Origin: Planctomycetaceae bacterium
GTDB taxonomy: Bacteria > Planctomycetota > Phycisphaerae > Phycisphaerales > UBA1924
Assembly (NCBI GenBank): GCA_027487735.1
Contig: JAIYDA010000130.1
Location: 1,930 to 65,929 of the forward strand
Direction of reading: 5' to 3'
Length of the DNA stretch: 64,000 bases
The notes under the pieces were generated by a model, which worked only from the letters and a program-made list of their open reading frames with translations, did no database searches and was not told where the DNA came from. A program made the position numbers and the translations under genes. Positions 46,332 through 55,791 of the stretch are shown here, piece by piece. The stretch's first letter is position 1. Every line of letters starts with the position of its first letter.

Positions 46332-48764
46332 ATGAAGGACTACATCCAAAGCATGTTCGTGCGACGCTTGCTGCTGCTGTGCGCAGTGGCCTCCGCCGGC
46401 GCGCTCGTGCTTGGGGGGCGCCTTGCGCAGCTCACCGTCGTGCGAGGCAGCGACCTGCGAGCCCAGGCCGAGGCAAGGCTCGTGCGCAGCCAGTGGCTGC
46501 CCACCACGCGCGGGCGCATCCTCGATCGCAAGGGCCGCGTGCTGGCGCAAGACCGCCCAAGCTACGACGTCGTCGTGAGCTACGCGAGCCTGAGCGCGAC
46601 ATGGGTGGACGAGCAAGCCCGCCTGCTCGCGGCGCGCGTCGCGGGCAAGCGATGGGTGGATGTCGACAAGCCCACGCGCGAGCAGGCAATCGCCCTCACG
46701 CGCCAGCGGCTGCTGCTGCACTGGGACGAAGGTTGGTCGCACCTCGCCCGCTCGCTGGGCATAGACCCCACGCAGCTCGACGTCGCACGCGACCGCATCC
46801 TGCGCGAGGTGCAGGCACGCCAGGACCGCATCGCCCAGCAGCGCGAAGCCAAGGAAGTGGCAGCCCTGCGCGAGAAGGGCGACGAGCCCGACGAGCAAAC
46901 CCTCGCCAAGATTCGCCGGCGCGCGAGCGAGCCCATCGCTGAGAAGCGCACCTCGCACGTCGTGCGGACACGCATCGACGACCAGACTGCGTTCAGCGTG
47001 CGCGAGCTCGCGAGCGAGCAGGTCTCGCTCGATCTCTCCGAGGTCGCGCAAGCGATGAACCTGCCGCCAACGGACTTGGGCTCCGCGGGCGTCATGGTGC
47101 CCGTGATTCCGGGCGTGGGCGTGCTCGACACGGGCGACCGTGAGTATCCGCTCGAAGCTCTCGACGTCGCGATCAGCAGGCGGACATTCCCGCTGCCCGA
47201 GTCGTCGTCGTTTGATGCCCAGGTGCGCGTCGAGGGGCTGGCGTGCCACATCATCGGGCGCATGCGCGACCGCGTGTTTGGCGATGAGTTCGCCGACGAT
47301 GGCACGCTGCTGAGGCTTGGGGACAAAGCAAAGCGCGAGCGCTTCCTCGCTCAAAGTCCGCAGCTCGCCGCCCAGACGCTCACGCCCGACGGAGCCGACC
47401 GCGGGGCATATCGCGAGGGCGACCGCGTGGGCGAGAGCGGCGTTGAGGCAAGCCTGGAGCCCTACCTGCGCGGGCTGCGTGGACGCTCGAGCACGCGCGT
47501 GGATGGCGTGCTCGGTGATTTTCTGCCCTCGCAGCCGGGGCAAGATGTGATGCTCGCCTTGGATGCGATGCTGCAAGCCCGCGTGCAAGCGCTGCTCGAC
47601 CCCGCGCTGGGCCTGGCCCGCGTGCAGCCCTGGCACGGCGTGCGGGGCGCGCCAGGCGGGCCCACGCTCGCGGTGGGTGAGCCCCTGTATGGCGCAGCCA
47701 TCGTGCTCGATGTCGCGAGCGGCGATGTGCTCGCAGCCGTCAGCACGCCCACGTTTACGAGCACGCAGATGCGCGAGGCCTTCGAGCAGCTTGCGCGAGA
47801 CGACCTGCGCAAGCCCCTGTCCAACCGCGCCTGGGGCGTCGACTATGCAGCCGGCTCGATCGTGAAGCCCATCGTGTACATCGGTGCCGTCGAGCGCGGG
47901 GTCTGCGGCGTCGAGGAGCGCATCGCGTGCGATGGGTTCCTCATTCCGGGCCAGCCCAACATCCTGCAGTGCCTCATCTGGAAGCGCGCCCGTGCCACGC
48001 ACAGCGCGGTCTTCGGCGGCCCGCTCTCTGCGGAGCAAGCCATCGGCGCAAGCTGCAACATCTACTTCTACACGCTGGGCCGCCGCCTGGGCCCGCGCGG
48101 CATCGTCGATGTCTACCGCGAGTTTGGCGTGGGCAGCACCTTTGGCCTGGGCGCAGGTGCGGAGTTTGCGGGGCACCTCGGTCCGTTGCCAACTTCGCCC
48201 GGCGCGCAGCCCGCTGCGCTCGAGCAGGGCGATGCCATCCAGATGGGCATCGGTCAGGGTCCGATTAGTTGGACGCCCCTGCACGCTGCCAGCAGCTATG
48301 CGACGCTCGCCAAGGGCGAACGTGTGCACCCCAGGCTCGTGCTCTCGCCCCAGCGAACTGGCGCGCCGCCCACGCCCGCGCGCCTTACTGCCCCCGCGCA
48401 GGCACAGCAGATGGCGCTCGCGGGCCTTTGGTTCAGCATCAACAACGAGCGCGGCACGGGCCACCACCTCGTGACCCAGGAAGGCATGCAAGAGCCCATC
48501 TTCAACGCGCCGGGCGTGCAGGTGTGGGGCAAGACGGGCACCGCCACCGCCCCCGCCCTGCTCGTCGACCCCGACGGCGATGGCCCGCTGCCCAAGCAGC
48601 TCGCGCGCGACGGCGACCACAGCTGGTTCGTCATCCTCGCAGGCCGCGACACGCCGCGATACGCCATCGCGGTGGTGATGGACTACGCAGGCAGCGGCGG
48701 CAAAGTGAGCGGCCCGATCGCGAACCAGATTCTGCACGCACTCATCGCCGAGGGCTACCTGTAG
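46332..48764 (+). CDS. mrdA: Penicillin-binding protein 2-type peptidoglycan D,D-transpeptidase, unusually long
   Basis: TM anchor RRLLLLCAVASAGALVLG and RGRILDRKGRVLA. Transpeptidase motifs are GSIVKP (SxxK), SCN (SxN) and KTGTA. Confidence 0.8.
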   Translation: MKDYIQSMFVRRLLLLCAVASAGALVLGGRLAQLTVVRGSDLRAQAEARLVRSQWLPTTRGRILDRKGRVLAQDRPSYDVVVSYASLSATWVDEQARLLAARVAGKRWVDVDKPTREQAIALTRQRLLLHWDEGWSHLARSLGIDPTQLDVARDRILREVQARQDRIAQQREAKEVAALREKGDEPDEQTLAKIRRRASEPIAEKRTSHVVRTRIDDQTAFSVRELASEQVSLDLSEVAQAMNLPPTDLGSAGVMVPVIPGVGVLDTGDREYPLEALDVAISRRTFPLPESSSFDAQVRVEGLACHIIGRMRDRVFGDEFADDGTLLRLGDKAKRERFLAQSPQLAAQTLTPDGADRGAYREGDRVGESGVEASLEPYLRGLRGRSSTRVDGVLGDFLPSQPGQDVMLALDAMLQARVQALLDPALGLARVQPWHGVRGAPGGPTLAVGEPLYGAAIVLDVASGDVLAAVSTPTFTSTQMREAFEQLARDDLRKPLSNRAWGVDYAAGSIVKPIVYIGAVERGVCGVEERIACDGFLIPGQPNILQCLIWKRARATHSAVFGGPLSAEQAIGASCNIYFYTLGRRLGPRGIVDVYREFGVGSTFGLGAGAEFAGHLGPLPTSPGAQPAALEQGDAIQMGIGQGPISWTPLHAASSYATLAKGERVHPRLVLSPQRTGAPPTPARLTAPAQAQQMALAGLWFSINNERGTGHHLVTQEGMQEPIFNAPGVQVWGKTGTATAPALLVDPDGDGPLPKQLARDGDHSWFVILAGRDTPRYAIAVVMDYAGSGGKVSGPIANQILHALIAEGYL

Positions 48765-48796
48765 CGCATCGTCCGTACGCTGCGCTCGATCTTCCC

Positions 48797-49666
48797 ATGC
48801 TTCCCCCTCCGCAAACGCTCACGTCGATCAAGGCCCTGCTCGCCGAGCGAGGCCTCTCACCCCGCAAGAACTTCGGGCAGAACTTCCTCATCGATGCCAA
48901 CATGCTGCGCAAACTCGTTGAGGTTGCCAGTGTGCAGCCCGGAGACCTTGTGCTCGAGGTTGGGCCAGGCACGGGCGTGCTCACCGACGCGCTGCTGAGC
49001 GCGGGCGCACACGTCGTCGCCTGCGAGATCGACCGAGGCCTCGCCCAGCACCTGCGCGAGCGCTACGCGGGCCTGCCCAACTTCACGCTCGTGGAGGGCG
49101 ACGCGATGCCCAAGCTCCAGCTCTCCGCAGCAACACAGGACGCGCTCGCGGGCAGGCCCTTTCGCCTCGTCGCAAACCTGCCCTACAACATCGCAAGCCC
49201 ATTGATGATCGAGCTGCTCGCGAGCTTTCCACAGTGCAGCTCGCAGACCGTAACCATCCAGAAAGAGGTCGCGCAGCGCTTGCTCGCTAAGCCCGGCACC
49301 GACGACTTTGGCACGCTGAGCATCCTCGCGCAGGCGATGGCGACAGTCAAGAAGATCGCCGACCTCTCCCCCGGGTGTTTTTGGCCCCAGCCCAGCATCA
49401 CCAGCAGCTTCGTGCAGCTCGTGCGGCTTGCAACGCCCCACACGACAGACCCGCAAGGCCTGGGCGACCTCTGCACCTGGCTCTTTAGCGGCAGGCGAAG
49501 GCAACTGGGCACCATGGTGGCGCACCGCGCCAAGGAACGCAACCTGCCCGTGCCCAGCCTGCCCGAGGGGATCGACCCGCAAGCCCGTGCGGAGACGCTG
49601 AGCATTGCCGACTTTGTCCGCCTGCACGCCGCGCTAAGGCAGCTCGTCGAGCCGCGCGGGGCGTGA
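48797..49666 (+). CDS. rsmA: 16S rRNA (adenine1518/1519-N6)-dimethyltransferase
   Basis: LSPRKNFGQNFLID...VLEVGPGTGVLT...VACEIDRGL...VANLPYNIASP. Confidence 0.9.
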   Translation: MLPPPQTLTSIKALLAERGLSPRKNFGQNFLIDANMLRKLVEVASVQPGDLVLEVGPGTGVLTDALLSAGAHVVACEIDRGLAQHLRERYAGLPNFTLVEGDAMPKLQLSAATQDALAGRPFRLVANLPYNIASPLMIELLASFPQCSSQTVTIQKEVAQRLLAKPGTDDFGTLSILAQAMATVKKIADLSPGCFWPQPSITSSFVQLVRLATPHTTDPQGLGDLCTWLFSGRRRQLGTMVAHRAKERNLPVPSLPEGIDPQARAETLSIADFVRLHAALRQLVEPRGA

Positions 49667-50010
49667 TGCGCGCGGCTTACCGTTCGCGCATGACGCATCA
49701 GTCGCTCGTGCCCGCTGCCAACCGCGCCGTCATCACGGTGGGGTGCTTTGCGCTGCTGTCGTTCCTGCTCATGCGCGTGCAGGGCACGATGAGCGGGCAG
49801 GCCCAGCACCTGCCCGGGCTGCTCATGTTTGTGCTGTTTGCCGTCGCGCTGCTGCTGCTGGGGAGCGATGTCATCACCCTGCACCAGGGGTGGCTCGCGC
49901 GGCGTGGCAGCACGCTTGGCCCGTGGCCCACCGTCTTCTGCTCGCTGCTGTGCGTGCTGGGCGCGATGGTGCTGCTCGCAGGCATGCTGGTGCTTATGCG
50001 CACGCTCTAA
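49663..50010 (+). CDS. Hypothetical small membrane protein (3 TM)
   Basis: The start overlaps the rsmA stop (GTGATG). Hydrophobic segments are VITVGCFALLSFLLM, LLMFVLFAVALLLLG and FCSLLCVLGAMVLLAGMLVL. Confidence 0.4.
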   Translation: MMRAAYRSRMTHQSLVPAANRAVITVGCFALLSFLLMRVQGTMSGQAQHLPGLLMFVLFAVALLLLGSDVITLHQGWLARRGSTLGPWPTVFCSLLCVLGAMVLLAGMLVLMRTL

Positions 50011-50143
50011 AGTGTGGGCGAGGGGCGGTTTGCAGTCCCGTGCCACCATCCGTTCGCAGTCCACCCGCGCTCTTCCCGCTTTCGCCCCCCGTGCCCCATA
50101 CACTCGCCCCGCTTTCGGAACCCCATTTCGCTACGGAAGACCC

Positions 50144-50599
50144 ATGAATCTGACGGACATCCTCACGGTCGATTGCATCCGCGTGCCCCTCCGGGCCACC
50201 ACCAAGCGCGAGGTCATCCACGAACTCGTGGACGTTTTGTACAGCGCGAAGCGCATCACCGAGCCGCAGCTCCTCAAGGACGCAGTCTGGCAGCGCGAGC
50301 AGACGCGCACCACGGGCCTCGGCGCCGGGCTCGCCATCCCGCACGGCAAGTGCGCTGGCATCCCCGCCCTCTCGCTCGCCATCGGCAAGCCCGCCAGCCC
50401 GATGGACTTTGAAGCAATCGACGGCAAGCCCGTCAAGCTCGTCGTGCTGCTCGCCAGCCCGCCCGATCGCACGAGCGACCACATCCAGGCCCTCGCCAAG
50501 GTCAGCCGCCTGATGACGATGGAAGAGTTCCGCGAGAGCGCCTACGCCGCGGGCAGCGCGCAGGAGCTGTTTGACCTGTTCAAGAGCCGCGAGCAGTGA
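50144..50599 (+). CDS. ptsN: PTS EIIA-Ntr-type nitrogen regulatory protein
   Basis: MNLTDILTVDCIRV...REQTRTTGLGAGLAIPHGK (phospho-His context)...KLVVLLASP. Confidence 0.8.
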   Translation: MNLTDILTVDCIRVPLRATTKREVIHELVDVLYSAKRITEPQLLKDAVWQREQTRTTGLGAGLAIPHGKCAGIPALSLAIGKPASPMDFEAIDGKPVKLVVLLASPPDRTSDHIQALAKVSRLMTMEEFRESAYAAGSAQELFDLFKSREQ

Positions 50600-51798
50600 A
50601 CGTGGGCACCATCCTCTTTGCAGGTGGAGGCACCGGGGGGCACATCTTTCCGGCGCTTGCGATTGCCCAGGCCTGTATCGCCCAGGCTTGTGTTGCGCAG
50701 GCCGCCTCCACCAGCACGCCCAACCTGCGCTGCGAGTTTGTCGTCTCGCAGCGTCCGCTCGATGCCAGCATCCTCTCGCAGCAATCTCTCGCTGGCGCGC
50801 CGGTGGTCTTCCACGCCATCCCCGCTCAACCAGCCGTCGCCACGCCCAAGGGCCTGTACCGATTCATCTCGTGCTGGGGTCTCGCCGTGCGCACGGCGCG
50901 CGCCATCATCGCGCGCGCCAAGGCCCACGGTCCTGTCGCGATCGTCTCGACGGGTGGCTTCGTCTCCGCTCCCGTCGCGCAGGCGGCGCGGGCGGAGCGC
51001 GTGCCGCTGGTCATGGTGAATCTCGACGCGGTGCCGGGCAAAGCCAACCGCTGGATCGGCAAGCACGCCACCACCCGCGTCACGGCTCTTGCCGTCGCGC
51101 CGCACGTGCAACTGCCCAGCCGCCAGCAATGGCAAAGCGTGCGACCGATCGTGCGCGAGGCGTTGCTCGTGCCGCACGAATCCAGCCTAGCCCGCGCGCA
51201 CTTTGGGCTCGCGCAGAGCACGCGCACGCTGCTCATCACAGGTGGCAGCCAAGGCGCAGGCAGCATGAACGCCCTGCTGCCCCACGCGCTCGCGAGCACT
51301 TCTAGCTCGCTCCGCGAAGCGCTGTCCGGTTGGCAAGTGCTGCACCAATGCGGCGCACAAGCCGACGCGGCTGCGATCCGCAGTGCGTACACCAGCGCAG
51401 GCGTCGCTGCCCACGTCACGCCCTTCATCGATCGGATGGACCTCGCGTGGCGTGCGACCGATCTCGCGCTGTGCCGCGCGGGTGCTGGCAACGTTGCCGA
51501 GGTATGGGCCACCAGCACGCCCGCGATTTTTCTGCCCTATCCCTATCACCGCGATCAGCACCAGCTGTGGAACGCCCGCCCCCTGCAAGATGCCGGTGCC
51601 GCGCACGTCGTGTCCGACGAGATCGAGCCCGGGCGCACGCTCGTCACGCTGGGTCCGCTGCTCTCAAAGTTGCTGCAAGACGATCATGCCCGCGCGGGGA
51701 TGCGAGCCGCACTCAATGGGCTCGGCCCTGCCGATGGCGCGAGCACGATTGCCTCGCTCGCGCTTGCCCAGCTTGCCGCAGCGGGCAAGACCGTCTGA
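50596..51798 (+). CDS. murG: Lipid II synthase MurG (UDP-GlcNAc:lipid I GlcNAc transferase)
   Basis: ILFAGGGTGGHIFPALAIA...GGFVSAP...ITGGSQGA...RAGAGNVAE. The GTG start overlaps the ptsN stop. Confidence 0.85.
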   Translation: MNVGTILFAGGGTGGHIFPALAIAQACIAQACVAQAASTSTPNLRCEFVVSQRPLDASILSQQSLAGAPVVFHAIPAQPAVATPKGLYRFISCWGLAVRTARAIIARAKAHGPVAIVSTGGFVSAPVAQAARAERVPLVMVNLDAVPGKANRWIGKHATTRVTALAVAPHVQLPSRQQWQSVRPIVREALLVPHESSLARAHFGLAQSTRTLLITGGSQGAGSMNALLPHALASTSSSLREALSGWQVLHQCGAQADAAAIRSAYTSAGVAAHVTPFIDRMDLAWRATDLALCRAGAGNVAEVWATSTPAIFLPYPYHRDQHQLWNARPLQDAGAAHVVSDEIEPGRTLVTLGPLLSKLLQDDHARAGMRAALNGLGPADGASTIASLALAQLAAAGKTV

Positions 51799-51925
51799 TA
51801 AATCCTGACATGCCCGCATAAACCGCAGCGAGCGTCCGAAGACGCGTCGGCGGACGCCATTTTGCAGCACGGACAGGGTCATTTCGCTTCGTGCCGAGTT
51901 CGCGTGCCTGTATGATGCCTTCAGC

Positions 51926-52762
51926 ATGGCTGCTTCGTTCGACGATTCTGCAACTTCTGGCTCGCTGGCGTGCGTGGTGCTCCTGAGCCCGGGCGGGCAG
52001 ACCCGCGCGCGGCTGGAGGCGGTGCTCCGCCGACCGGGCTTGCGCGCGATCTTTTGCGACGATGCCTTGGAGGCGCTGGGCGAAGTGACGCGGGCGGCGG
52101 CGGGCAAGGGCCCCGCGTCGTGCGTGCTGCTGCTCGACCAGCCCCGGACGCTGCCCGGCCTTGGGGAGTGTTTCGAGGCGATTGCCAAGTTCGTCGAGCC
52201 GCCCATCGTGTGGGTGTTTGAGCCCGGCCCGCCCGTGAGCCTGAAGGACACGCCTTGGGAGCAGGCAGCGCAGCTTGCGCATCAGATCGATCGCGAGCGG
52301 GCCCTTGGCGATGCGAGCCTGCGCGGGCTCGGCAATCCTTCGGGCAATCCTGCGGGCGAGCCCGTTTCCACAATGTTGCCCGCGACCATGCCCGTGACGA
52401 AGGGCAAGCCCAGCGCGAACGAGTGGGTTGCGAGCGCGACAGAGTCGTGGGCGATGCCAGGCTTGCCGGCTGGGGCGAAGGCGAGCACGCGTTCTGCGCC
52501 GCCTGCCCTGCGATTGACGGGCGAGCCTCTCGCTCCGTCCGCTGTGCAGCCGCCCATGCAGCCCAAGCCAGTCACAGCGCAGAGCACGGGCGGGTTCGAC
52601 GGGCCCGATGCCCTCGCCGAGGCAACGCCCCAGCCCAAGACCAGCTGGCTGGGCAGTGGCGCGGGGAGCGCGGGGCAGGTGCTGAGCGATGATGAGCTTG
52701 CGATGCTGCTGGGGCCTGATGGGCAGCCCGGGGCGGGGGGCTTCGCGGCTCCGAAGGACTGA
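51926..52762 (+). CDS. Hypothetical protein: receiver-like N-terminal module and a Pro/Ala-rich tail
   Basis: CVVLLSPGGQTRARLEAVLRRPGLRAIFCDDALEALGEV...CVLLLDQP. Host-like GC3. Confidence 0.45.
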   Translation: MAASFDDSATSGSLACVVLLSPGGQTRARLEAVLRRPGLRAIFCDDALEALGEVTRAAAGKGPASCVLLLDQPRTLPGLGECFEAIAKFVEPPIVWVFEPGPPVSLKDTPWEQAAQLAHQIDRERALGDASLRGLGNPSGNPAGEPVSTMLPATMPVTKGKPSANEWVASATESWAMPGLPAGAKASTRSAPPALRLTGEPLAPSAVQPPMQPKPVTAQSTGGFDGPDALAEATPQPKTSWLGSGAGSAGQVLSDDELAMLLGPDGQPGAGGFAAPKD

Positions 52763-52852
52763 GGACCGTGAACAGGGGCGAGCTGAGCAAAGTATTGAAG
52801 TGAACGACACGGGGAACGAGCAAGGCCGGTTTCGAGGATCGAGGGAACGACC

Positions 52853-54679
52853 ATGACACAGGTTTCGACAAGCAGCGTGGCAGGCGATGCGCCGTCGGTG
52901 GTGGTGTTGGTTGGGCGCACGGGGCTCGATGCCGCGCTGCGGCTCGACCCCAGCATCGAGCTCGTGCGCGTGAAGACCGCGAGCGAGGCGATCGCAGCGG
53001 TCGCGACCGAGAGCGCAGCCCGGGCTGAGGTGCCGACGCCCATGGCGGTGATCGTGAGCGAAGAGGTGCGCGATGGGCTGAGCGTGCACGACCAATCGGG
53101 CGTGACGGGGCAGCAGCGTTTTACGCGCGTGCTCCGCAACCTCCGCCCGGGCATCGAGGTGATGTTTTTGGGCGAGGACGGTGTGACGGCGGACGCGATC
53201 GCGCAAGCTGCGCGTGGCGGTTCGCGGGCCGAGACGCAGGTTGAAGCGGGTGCATCCGAAGCTGCGCCGCAGAGCGCGTTTGCCGCGCCTGGCGTGGTTG
53301 CCGAGGTGCCGGCTCAGGTCGCTGCGCAGGCTCAGATCGCTGCGCCAGCGCAGCCCGCGATGCAAGCGAGCGGTGGCGCGATGGTGCCTCCGCGCGCGAT
53401 CTTGGATGATGGCGCACCGGGCGTGCTGGAGCCTGTTGCGCCCCCCACGCGCGTGGGCGAGGTGGGGTTTGTCGGTGCGCCCGTTGCCCCGAGCATGCCC
53501 GTGCTGGCGGCACCGCCCCTGGGCGGGCCTGAGGCACCGGTGCAGACGCCGCGCGTGGAGGTTGTCGCCCCGCTGGCGACCACCGGACTTGCGGCGGCTG
53601 GCCTGAGCGCTGGCAGCGGCCTCAGCAGCGTGCAACCGCCCGTCGTGGTGGCACCGGCGCGGGTGCAAGCACTCGCGAGCGAGCAGGCTGGTCAGGCAGT
53701 CGGAACAGTGAGCGCAAGTCAGCCTTCGGTGCAGTCCAGCGGCCAGGGCCTCGCGCGCGGCATCCTCACGCCTCCCCTCGCGCCGCCTGCGGTGGCGAGC
53801 GCTGCCGCACTCGGCGCGCTGGCAGAGCTTGGCGCGCCCGCGCTGTTTGGCGTTCGCAAGGAAGATGCATCGCTGGAGATTGGGCCGGGCAGCCCGGGCG
53901 ATGCGCTCCTCGTGCGCACCTTGCTGCGCGGGCAGGATGTGCAGGGCGTGGCGATGGAGCTGCTGCGGGCCCGCGCGAGCGACAGCTCGCTCGAGGTGGT
54001 GCCCGAGCCCGCGCAGGGCAGGCTGAGCGTGCCACTGGGCGACGGGGCGGGCTGGCTGACGAGTGCGCGGGCGGAGCGTGCCGACCAGCTTCGCGCGCAC
54101 GCGGCGTGGCTTGCGGGCTGGCTGCGGCTGCGCGATCAGCAGGCGGTGCTTGCCGATGCGGCGCTGAAGGATGCGCTGACGGGAGCTTGGAACAGGCGGT
54201 ATCTCGACGCGTTTCTTGCGAGTGCGCTGCGATCGGCGCGGGATGCGCGGCAGTTTGTCACGGTGCTGCTGTTTGACATCGACAACTTCAAGAGCTTCAA
54301 CGACCGCCACGGGCACGACGCGGGCGATGCGATCTTGCGTGAGGTGGTCGAGCTCATGCGTTCGATGGTGCGCCCGAGCGATCGGGTCTGCCGCGTCGGG
54401 GGCGATGAGTTTGCGGTCGTGTTCCACGACCCGCAGGGCCCGCGGCAACTGGGCAGCCGCCACCCGAGCACGGTGGAGGACATCGCGCAGCGCTTCCAGC
54501 AGCGCGTCGCTTCGCACAGCTTCTCGCGGCTGCAAGCGGGCACCAAGCTCACGATCTCGGGCGGGCTGGCGACCTTCCCGTGGGATGGGCTGCACGCGGC
54601 GGACCTGCTGGCGCACGCGGACCAACTGAGCCTTGCGAGCAAGCGGGCTGGGAAGAACGCGATTGTGCTTGGGGGATGA
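52853..54679 (+). CDS. GGDEF-domain diguanylate cyclase with a receiver-like N-terminus and a long Ala/Pro-rich linker
   Basis: DALTGAWNRRYLD...LLFDIDNFKSFNDRHGHDAGDAILREV...RVGGDEFAVVF. Confidence 0.8.
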   Translation: MTQVSTSSVAGDAPSVVVLVGRTGLDAALRLDPSIELVRVKTASEAIAAVATESAARAEVPTPMAVIVSEEVRDGLSVHDQSGVTGQQRFTRVLRNLRPGIEVMFLGEDGVTADAIAQAARGGSRAETQVEAGASEAAPQSAFAAPGVVAEVPAQVAAQAQIAAPAQPAMQASGGAMVPPRAILDDGAPGVLEPVAPPTRVGEVGFVGAPVAPSMPVLAAPPLGGPEAPVQTPRVEVVAPLATTGLAAAGLSAGSGLSSVQPPVVVAPARVQALASEQAGQAVGTVSASQPSVQSSGQGLARGILTPPLAPPAVASAAALGALAELGAPALFGVRKEDASLEIGPGSPGDALLVRTLLRGQDVQGVAMELLRARASDSSLEVVPEPAQGRLSVPLGDGAGWLTSARAERADQLRAHAAWLAGWLRLRDQQAVLADAALKDALTGAWNRRYLDAFLASALRSARDARQFVTVLLFDIDNFKSFNDRHGHDAGDAILREVVELMRSMVRPSDRVCRVGGDEFAVVFHDPQGPRQLGSRHPSTVEDIAQRFQQRVASHSFSRLQAGTKLTISGGLATFPWDGLHAADLLAHADQLSLASKRAGKNAIVLGG

Positions 54680-54720
54680 GGCGTCGGGGCGCGGGTTGTC
54701 TGCGGGTGCCTCAATGAGGC

Positions 54721-54748
54721 ATTCGGGATTCGGGATTCGGCATTCGGG
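54721..54748 (+). repeat. Four tandem ATTCGG(G/C) heptamers in a convergent gap
   Basis: attcggg attcggg attcggc attcggg. cggcattc (54738-54745) can also pair with gaatgccg (54759-54766). Confidence 0.7.
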
Positions 54749-54771
54749 AAGGAAGAAAGAATGCCGCTTGC

Positions 54772-55791
54772 TTAGCGCTTGGCTTGGCCCATGGGCTTGA
54801 CGAGCAGGGTGAGCACGCACTTGCCTGCCATGTCGTCGCGCTTGGTGAGCGCTCCCGTGTCGAGCGTCGCGGTGCTGGCGTTGGCAGCGAGCTCTTTGCG
54901 AGCGGGCGCGAGCACCTCGATCGCGCGCACGCTGCTGGTGAGGGCAATGTCCCAGGGCAGCAGCGTCGCGGCGATGGTGATGGTGCCCTCGATCACGCGC
55001 ACCTCGTCGTCGCTTGCGCCCATCAGCAGCTCTTCGCGCTTCTCTTCCCAGGCTTGAGCGAGCGAGCCGCTGGCGTTGTGCAGCTCGCTCATGTCGTCGC
55101 TGCCCACGAGGCTGTCGTGCTCGAAGCGCGGATCGCTTGCGCGGCGCGCTAGCGGCGCAACCACCTGCCCAAGGTCTGCCAGCTCGCTCGCCAGCACCTC
55201 GCGCGCGTGGAGCAGACGCGGCGCGCTGGCTTGCAGAAAGCCCGGCACCGCGATGGTGAACAGCGCGCGACCCATGCGGACCTCGGCTTGCTGCGCAAGG
55301 CTCTGCGGGCGGCTGCGGGCCACGACAAGCCCGTGGCGAGCGGCGAAACGGTCCAGCCCTGCGTAGACGGGCAGGCTGATGCCCGGGTCGGGCCCGCCCT
55401 TGAGAACGTCGGTCGCGACGGCGTGCAGATACATCTCGCGGTTGTCGAAGCTCTCTTCGTCTTTCACGAAGTGGCGCAGGGGCAGAAAGCTCTGCTCGCT
55501 GCGCAGGTGCTCGCAGACGCGCAGCACGTCCTCGGTCGCGGATTGGCGGTTGTGCTGGGCGTGCAGCACGCCTTGCTTCCATAGCCGCTCGCTCCAATGC
55601 CAGCTTCGCACAAACTCGGCGAATGCGGGCACGCGCCGGCCTGCCGCGATGGGGTCGATCGTCGCGCTGCCCGCCTGGGCGAGGTCCAGGGGCGGGGGCA
55701 CCACCGTCACGGCCCGCTGCGCGAGCAGCAGCGCGGTGAGCGCGGCGGGCTCGCGGCTGGTGAGGTGATAGGGAGAGAGCGCGAGGATCAT
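54772..55791 (-). CDS. Hypothetical protein (339 aa), translationally coupled to the upstream hydrolase
   Basis: The ATG at 55791 overlaps the hydrolase stop (ATGA). Strong host-like GC3. No domain recognised: MILALSPYHLTSREPAALTALLLAQRAVTVVPPP... Confidence 0.6.
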   Translation of the reverse strand: MILALSPYHLTSREPAALTALLLAQRAVTVVPPPLDLAQAGSATIDPIAAGRRVPAFAEFVRSWHWSERLWKQGVLHAQHNRQSATEDVLRVCEHLRSEQSFLPLRHFVKDEESFDNREMYLHAVATDVLKGGPDPGISLPVYAGLDRFAARHGLVVARSRPQSLAQQAEVRMGRALFTIAVPGFLQASAPRLLHAREVLASELADLGQVVAPLARRASDPRFEHDSLVGSDDMSELHNASGSLAQAWEEKREELLMGASDDEVRVIEGTITIAATLLPWDIALTSSVRAIEVLAPARKELAANASTATLDTGALTKRDDMAGKCVLTLLVKPMGQAKR

